Positions 27,006 through 32,000 of a DNA stretch of 32,000 bases are shown here, piece by piece. The position numbers and the translations under genes were made by a program. Numbering within the stretch: the stretch's first letter is position 1; every line of letters begins with the position of its first letter. Below the pieces are notes generated by a model. The model saw only the letters and a list, made by a program, of their open reading frames with translations. It made no database searches and was not told where the DNA came from. Source of the stretch: Halomicronema hongdechloris C2206 (lineage in GTDB: Bacteria > Cyanobacteriota > Cyanobacteriia > Phormidesmidales > Phormidesmidaceae); contig NZ_CP021983.2 in the NCBI RefSeq assembly GCF_002075285.3, positions 2,790,001-2,822,000 of the forward strand, read 5' to 3'.

Positions 27006-27998
27006 ATGACTATCCTCGAATCCCTCAAGCCTGAATTCCACAGCACCTTTCCTCGCCTCGCCTCTGGCAAATACGTTCACTTTTTGATGGTGCGCCATAG
27101 CCAATCCTTCCCAGTCTTTCAAACCGATGGTGTGTTGAATGTAGCTCGTACTAAGGCAGGCTTAGACACTACTGATAAATTCAGCCGCTTGGTTATGTTC
27201 AAACGCAAGCAGACCACACCAGAGCGATTAGCAGGGCGTGAGCTGTTGCGCTCACTGGGCCTAACCACTGCTGACAAAGAAAACAAGGAAAGGTTTTGCG
27301 AGTACAACGGCGAAGGCTCCTGTAAAAAGTGCCCCGACTGTATTATCTATGGCTTTGCCATTGGCGATAGTGGTTCTGAGCGCTCCAAAGTTTACTCAGA
27401 CTCAGCCTTCTCGCTCAGCCCTTACGAACAGTCCCATAAGAGCTTCACCTTCAATGCTCCTTTTGAGGGAGGCACCATGAGCGAAGCAGGGGAAATGCGA
27501 AGTGCCATCAATGAACTCGACCACATCCTACCCGAGGTCAATTTTCCTACAGTAGAAACGCTACGAGACCCCACCTATGAAGGCTTTATCTACGTCCTGG
27601 GTAATCTGCTCCGTACCCGCCGCTATGGGGCACAAGAGTCGCGTACAGGCACCATGACTAATCACCTGATTGGTATTGCCTTTGCGGATGGAGAAATCTT
27701 CAGTAATTTATACTTCACCCAGGCACTCTATGACGCGCTCAAAAATGATCTAGATGCCCCAATTGACGAAGTGCGAAATAAAGCTCAGGAAGTAGCAGCA
27801 ATCCTATTGGCTCAAGAACCCGTGCGGAAGACTCAGCAAATCTTTGGAGAGCAGCTAGATAGCTTGCTGGCAGAAGTTACAGCTATCTACCAAGACGAAG
27901 CCCAGTCACAGACCGTCCTTAGCATCTTGTACCAACAAACCCAAACCTATGCCGAAACCTATGGGGCAAATTCAGGCAAGAAAGGCAGACGCAAGTAA
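27006..27998 (+). CDS. csc2: Csc2 (Cas7d) backbone subunit
   Basis: MTILESLKPEF...KYVHFLMVRHSQSFPVFQTDG and the cysteine cluster GSCKKCPDCIIYGFAIG. An AGGAG SD lies 10 nt upstream, and the position after cas10d fits. Confidence 0.85.
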   Translation: MTILESLKPEFHSTFPRLASGKYVHFLMVRHSQSFPVFQTDGVLNVARTKAGLDTTDKFSRLVMFKRKQTTPERLAGRELLRSLGLTTADKENKERFCEYNGEGSCKKCPDCIIYGFAIGDSGSERSKVYSDSAFSLSPYEQSHKSFTFNAPFEGGTMSEAGEMRSAINELDHILPEVNFPTVETLRDPTYEGFIYVLGNLLRTRRYGAQESRTGTMTNHLIGIAFADGEIFSNLYFTQALYDALKNDLDAPIDEVRNKAQEVAAILLAQEPVRKTQQIFGEQLDSLLAEVTAIYQDEAQSQTVLSILYQQTQTYAETYGANSGKKGRRK

Positions 27999-28018
27999 GT
28001 ATCTGGAGGATAGATAAG

Positions 28019-28777
28019 ATGCTTTACCAATGTGATTTGACCCTCCACGATAACGTCTTTTTTGCCACTCGCGAAATGGGGACGCTGTTTGAAACTGAAA
28101 AGTACTTGCATAACTGGGCTTTAAGCTATGCCCTTTTCGAGGGACAATACCTCAATCGCCCTTACCGATTGCAGGGAGAATACGCTCAAAAACCCAATTA
28201 TTTGGATAGCAGCCACGAACAGAGCCTACATCCGCTGAATGAGACTGGGATATATGTTTTTCCTGCACAACCGCTGCAGTGGGCCTACCAAGTCAACACG
28301 TTTAAGGCTGCTCAGGTGAACTACTACGGCAAATCGAAACAGTTTGGCGATAAAGGCGCTGACCGCAACTACCCCATTAACTTTGGGCGAGCTAAAGAGT
28401 TAGCCGTAGGCAGCACCTACCGGACCTACATCATGGCAAAGGATCAGGCTACCTTACCAGACTGGCTGCAGCAAAAGGATGACGACAAACGCCGGACCTG
28501 GATTCGTCTAGGAAAGTGGGCTGCCAAAATCCATATTCAGGCCAAGTCTATTGCAGGCGAGACAACTGGTTCCGGCACATTTATTTGTCGCCATCCTCTT
28601 AACCCTTTAGATTTGGCAGTATCTATTCGATTAATGGTCTACAACCGCATTGTGATGCCGCCCGTGAGTTTAGTGAGCCAAGCACAATTAGAAGGTGAAT
28701 ACTGGAGGCTTCCCGATGAAACCTGCCTACCCATTGGCTGTTACTACGGGGCAAGATATATGGCCAACGCCTCATAG
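28019..28777 (+). CDS. csc1: Csc1 (Cas5d) subunit
   Basis: The MLYQCDLTLHDNVFFATREMG...YLHNWALSYALF N-terminus is typical of Csc1. There is a GGAGGA SD at 28005-10. Confidence 0.8.
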   Translation: MLYQCDLTLHDNVFFATREMGTLFETEKYLHNWALSYALFEGQYLNRPYRLQGEYAQKPNYLDSSHEQSLHPLNETGIYVFPAQPLQWAYQVNTFKAAQVNYYGKSKQFGDKGADRNYPINFGRAKELAVGSTYRTYIMAKDQATLPDWLQQKDDDKRRTWIRLGKWAAKIHIQAKSIAGETTGSGTFICRHPLNPLDLAVSIRLMVYNRIVMPPVSLVSQAQLEGEYWRLPDETCLPIGCYYGARYMANAS

Positions 28778-29561
28778 ATCTACATCACTCTATTCCATCG
28801 TGGTGCAATTGGCGGCGGCTGGCCAAGGCCGCTTCCCGGCTACCTTAGGGCGGGCAATTCACTCTCAGGTTCTAACCTGGTTGCAGGCAGGAGATTCCTC
28901 TGTAGCCCAGGCTGTCCATAGTACTCAGGTTTCCCCCATGAGCCTTTCAGGACTGGTAGGACGTCGCCGTAAACAAGGCACTCGACCAGATGACGAGTTC
29001 TATTTTCGCATTGGTCTACTGAATGGAGACCTGCTGGAACCCTTATTGGCAGGCTTAGATACCTGGGGGACTCAACCCATTTCTCTGGGCAATTTCCCCT
29101 TTGTTTTGCGAGGGGTAGAAGCGTTACCCGGTGAGCATAAGCAGGTCCAGATTGGCAACTACCATCTATTGAGCAAGACCAGTCCAGTCAGTGATGATCT
29201 TTCCTTGGAGTTGAGATCGCCCACCGCCTTCAAGCAGGGTAAAAAAACAATCCAGCCATTTCCGTTGCCAGAGTTGGTCTTTGGCAGCCTCCTACGCCGT
29301 TGGAATGCCTTTGCCCCGGAGGATCTGCAGTTTTCCCAAATTGAGTGGCAGGGTATGGTGTCTGCCTTTGACCTCAAAACCCGTGTGCTTAGGCTTGAAG
29401 GTGGCCCTCAAATTGGTTCTGTGGGCTGGATAAGGTACCGTTTCCTTGATGCCGAGCAAGCCCGAATTGCTTCTGTGCTAGCTCAGTATGCCTTCTTCGC
29501 TGGAGTTGGCTACAAAACTACGATGGGCATGGGGCAAGTGCAGTCGCTTAATCATGCCTAG
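28716..29561 (+). CDS. cas6: Cas6 (type I-D) crRNA endoribonuclease
   Basis: LYSIVVQL... beta-strand start and the C-terminal glycine-rich loop FFAGVGYKTTMGMGQV. The start is uncertain (GTG 28695 or ATG 28716), and both overlap the csc1 3' end. Confidence 0.75.
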   Translation: MKPAYPLAVTTGQDIWPTPHRSTSLYSIVVQLAAAGQGRFPATLGRAIHSQVLTWLQAGDSSVAQAVHSTQVSPMSLSGLVGRRRKQGTRPDDEFYFRIGLLNGDLLEPLLAGLDTWGTQPISLGNFPFVLRGVEALPGEHKQVQIGNYHLLSKTSPVSDDLSLELRSPTAFKQGKKTIQPFPLPELVFGSLLRRWNAFAPEDLQFSQIEWQGMVSAFDLKTRVLRLEGGPQIGSVGWIRYRFLDAEQARIASVLAQYAFFAGVGYKTTMGMGQVQSLNHA

Positions 29562-29597
29562 CCCTCTCATGTCCTGCCATACCCTTGCGCGATTATC

Positions 29598-29858
29598 ATG
29601 ACGATTCAAGACCTGATTGCAACCCTCAGTCAATTTGACCCCAACACCCCAGTCGTCATCAGTGGATACGAAGGCGGGTACAACGATGTCAGTGTCGTCC
29701 GTCCACTAGAGATCCAACTCAATGTCAATAACAAACATTACTACGGGGCTCATCACTGTGTAAAAGGCACCCTTGTTCCCGATGTTCCCCTAACCTCGGT
29801 GGTTTATCTTGGAGGCTTCAATCCCATTAGTGATGCACCAGAACTGTCCTATCACTGA
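29598..29858 (+). CDS. Small hypothetical protein (86 aa) inserted between cas6 and cas4
   Basis: ATG-initiated ORF MTIQDLIATLSQFDPNTPVV.... I recognise no family. Confidence 0.45.
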   Translation: MTIQDLIATLSQFDPNTPVVISGYEGGYNDVSVVRPLEIQLNVNNKHYYGAHHCVKGTLVPDVPLTSVVYLGGFNPISDAPELSYH

Positions 29859-29934
29859 ATTGAGCGGGCTAACAGCAAAATACTCTTAACCCCAGCCTTC
29901 GACACCCTAAATCCAAGCTATTAGGAGATCTCCC

Positions 29935-30210
29935 ATGCGTAAAGCCACGATTGTCAGGGCTACTCGCGATCGCCAGCTAGAAATCTCGCCCGAAATTCAG
30001 GCTCAACTCAACCGAGGGGATGAATACCTGATTTGGCAGTCAGGTGACAGCATACACCTGCAAAAAATTCATAAGCCATCCTCCTTTGAAGATCTCATGG
30101 CCAGAGTGGATGCCCTCGGGCCAGATCCCGACCAGCTCAACATGGAAGAAATCACCAACCTGGTCAAAGAAGTGCGGCGAGACATGCAACAGAGTAATCA
30201 TCAAGAATGA
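29935..30210 (+). CDS. AbrB/MazE/SpoVT-type antitoxin-like protein
   Basis: RDRQLEISPEIQAQLNRGDEYLIWQSGDSIHLQK fits the swapped-hairpin AbrB pattern. There is an AGGAGA SD upstream, and the stop overlaps (ATGA) the start of a PIN relic. Confidence 0.55.
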   Translation: MRKATIVRATRDRQLEISPEIQAQLNRGDEYLIWQSGDSIHLQKIHKPSSFEDLMARVDALGPDPDQLNMEEITNLVKEVRRDMQQSNHQE

Positions 30211-30356
30211 ACCTCGTCATTGATACCAATGCGATCGCAAGTAGCGTCGACGCAATTGTAACTGGTGATCTCGACCTACTAGTGCTCACCGAATTTTCCG
30301 GCATTCCTATCCTCACTCCCCAGGACTTCTTCACCCGCTATTTTCCTGACCAATAG
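30207..30356 (+). pseudogene. Internally deleted PIN-domain toxin relic (49 codons)
   Basis: MNLVIDTNAIA (PIN N-terminal acidic motif) is fused directly to SSVDAIVTGDLDLLVLTEFSGIPILTPQDFF (PIN_3-type C-terminus). The catalytic middle is missing, and a HIP1 site (30231-30238) sits at the junction. Confidence 0.55.
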
Positions 30357-30371
30357 CAACCTTCACCAGTC

Positions 30372-30953
30372 ATGCAAGACGATTATCTTCCCCTGGCTTA
30401 CCTCAATGCCTGGGAATATTGCCCCCGCCGCTTTTACCTGGAATACCAACTGGGGGAAATGGCCGACAACGAACACATTATTCTGGGGCGCCACCTGCAC
30501 CGGGTCGTAGACGACGAAGGCCAACAGTACGACGGCGATATCTTGACGCGACGCCACCAGTGGGTGTGGAGCGATCGTCTCCGAGTCAAAGGCGTCATCG
30601 ACTTGGTCGAGCAGCAAGGGGATCAGCTCATCCCCGTAGAGTTCAAGAAAGGAGCCATGGGACGGCACCTGAGTGATCACTTTCAGCTTTGTGCCGCCGG
30701 GCTCTGCCTGGAAGAACGCACTCAACAGCCCATCACCCATGGCGAGATTTTTTATCACAGCAACCGACGACGACAGCACGTTCCATTTACCCCAGAGCTG
30801 CGTCAGGCGACAGAAGACGCCATTCTAGCCGCCCACGATTCGTTGAATGCCCCCATTCCTAAGCCGATTACCAACAAGCGCAAGTGCCAGGCCTGTAGCT
30901 TGCAGGGGATCTGCCTGCCGTTTGAAGTCAACCTTCTTCGCGAAACCACTTAA
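30372..30953 (+). CDS. cas4: Cas4 (RecB-like nuclease with 4-Cys cluster)
   Basis: YLNAWEYCPRRFYLEY, D...VEFKKG (D-ExK) and C-terminal CQACSLQGIC. Confidence 0.85.
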   Translation: MQDDYLPLAYLNAWEYCPRRFYLEYQLGEMADNEHIILGRHLHRVVDDEGQQYDGDILTRRHQWVWSDRLRVKGVIDLVEQQGDQLIPVEFKKGAMGRHLSDHFQLCAAGLCLEERTQQPITHGEIFYHSNRRRQHVPFTPELRQATEDAILAAHDSLNAPIPKPITNKRKCQACSLQGICLPFEVNLLRETT

Positions 30954-30955
30954 CG

Positions 30956-31933
30956 ATGACTACGCTCTACGTTACCCAACCCGACGCTGTTCTCAGCAAA
31001 AAATACGAAGCCTTTGCCGTCGCCCTGCGCCAAGAGGATGGGTCCTGGCAGAAACGCTCTGTCCCTGCTCAAACAGTTGAACAGGTCATTCTCATGGGTA
31101 ATCCCCAGATTACAGGGGATGCCCTCACCTATGCTCTGGAACTGGGGCTACCGGTTCATTACCTGACCAGTTTCGGGAAGTATTTGGGCTCGGCCCTGCC
31201 GGGGCACTCTCGCAACGGTCAACTGCGACTGGCCCAATACGCTCTCCACATAGATCCAGACCGGCGATTGGCACTAGTTCAAGCCATTGTGGAGGCAAAG
31301 ATTCATAATCAGTTCAGTGTGCTCTATCGCCACGGACAATCCGATAACCCTCTGAAGCATCGGAAAAAAGCGACCCGGAAGCAGAAGACTCTGGACAAGG
31401 TTCGCGGCATAGAGGGGATGGCGGCCAGAGAATATTTTGCCTGCTGGCCTGCCATGCTCAAGCAAGATTGGGGGTTTACCGGGCGCAATCGCCGTCCTGC
31501 TAGAGATCCGGTCAATGCTTTGCTGAGTTTTGCCTATGCCCTGCTGCAGGTACAGGTTACGGCAGCTATCCATCTGGCAGGGCTAGATCCCTATGTTGGC
31601 TATCTCCACGAAGTACACCACGGACAACCGGCGCTGGTACTGGATGTGATGGAAGAGTTTCGTCCCCTTATTGCCGACAACTTGGTGCTAGCGGTGATCA
31701 ATAACCGCGAGATTCAACCTCAAGACTTTACTGAGAGCCTGGGAGCCTATACTCTATCCGACCGTGGCAGAAAAACCTTCCTACAAGCCTTTGAACGCAA
31801 AATGACGGATGAGTTCAAACATCCGGTATTTGATTACCGCTGCACTTATCGGCGAGCCGTTGAACTTCAGGCCAGGTTGCTCAGTCGCCATCTTCAGGAG
31901 GCTATTCCCTACAAACCTCTGATGCTGCGCTGA
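30956..31933 (+). CDS. cas1: Cas1 integrase
   Basis: MTTLYVTQPDAVLSKK..., GMAAREYF, RRPARDPVNALLSFAYALL and GLDPYVGYLHE motifs. It starts 2 nt after the cas4 stop. Confidence 0.9.
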   Translation: MTTLYVTQPDAVLSKKYEAFAVALRQEDGSWQKRSVPAQTVEQVILMGNPQITGDALTYALELGLPVHYLTSFGKYLGSALPGHSRNGQLRLAQYALHIDPDRRLALVQAIVEAKIHNQFSVLYRHGQSDNPLKHRKKATRKQKTLDKVRGIEGMAAREYFACWPAMLKQDWGFTGRNRRPARDPVNALLSFAYALLQVQVTAAIHLAGLDPYVGYLHEVHHGQPALVLDVMEEFRPLIADNLVLAVINNREIQPQDFTESLGAYTLSDRGRKTFLQAFERKMTDEFKHPVFDYRCTYRRAVELQARLLSRHLQEAIPYKPLMLR

Positions 31934-32000
31934 CCTTTGTACCTGCCGCTTCAGTACATCGAATGTTGTTGCTCCTTCCATAATCCTGCAATGGCCATCA

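Noticed and set aside
28695-28777. 62-83 nt overlap between the csc1 3' end and the cas6 5' end as a possible frameshift or fusion signal
   Set aside because: No slippery sequence is seen. The overlap is more simply explained by uncertainty about the cas6 start, with no in-frame ATG downstream of 28716 before the conserved LYSIVVQL region.
31934-32000. cas2 start or the first CRISPR repeat after cas1
   Set aside because: Only 67 nt remain. The short ATG frames terminate quickly or run off the window after 3 codons. No repeated unit is visible anywhere in the window.

Overview
The window looks like a cyanobacterial chromosomal segment. It is GC-rich and I counted at least 13 copies of the HIP1 octamer GCGATCGC. 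A housekeeping backbone is interrupted by two AT-richer accessory regions. The backbone carries an MscS/cNMP-binding channel fragment, a coiled-coil protein, a DM13 protein, a sigma-70 factor, a PG-binding protein, moeA, an ABC1 kinase, recN and an NhaP-type antiporter.

Region A (about 2.0-5.3 kb) holds a two-gene ABC-type ATPase + TOPRIM-like module that resembles a defence system. Its TOPRIM gene is cleanly split by an apparently intact IS630-family element, with TA target duplication and an A9 frameshift site. An IS630-end relic lies nearby.

Region B (15.3 kb to the window end) has two parts.
(i) A 4.8-kb module bracketed by 43-bp imperfect direct repeats. It encodes an orphan Cas3-like helicase with a C-terminal HD nuclease, split into two ORFs at an ATGA overlap. 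It also encodes a DUF433/DUF5615 toxin-antitoxin pair whose toxin 3' end is displaced by a second, decayed IS630 copy.
(ii) A type I-D CRISPR-Cas locus: a divergent WYL regulator, a small unknown ORF, then cas3', cas10d (with a candidate nested cas11d), csc2, csc1 and cas6. These are followed by an inserted unknown ORF, an AbrB-type antitoxin, a 49-aa PIN relic, then cas4 and cas1.

No CRISPR array, cas2, integrase, tRNA or rRNA could be supported inside the window. All family assignments come from motif recognition by eye. No searches were run.
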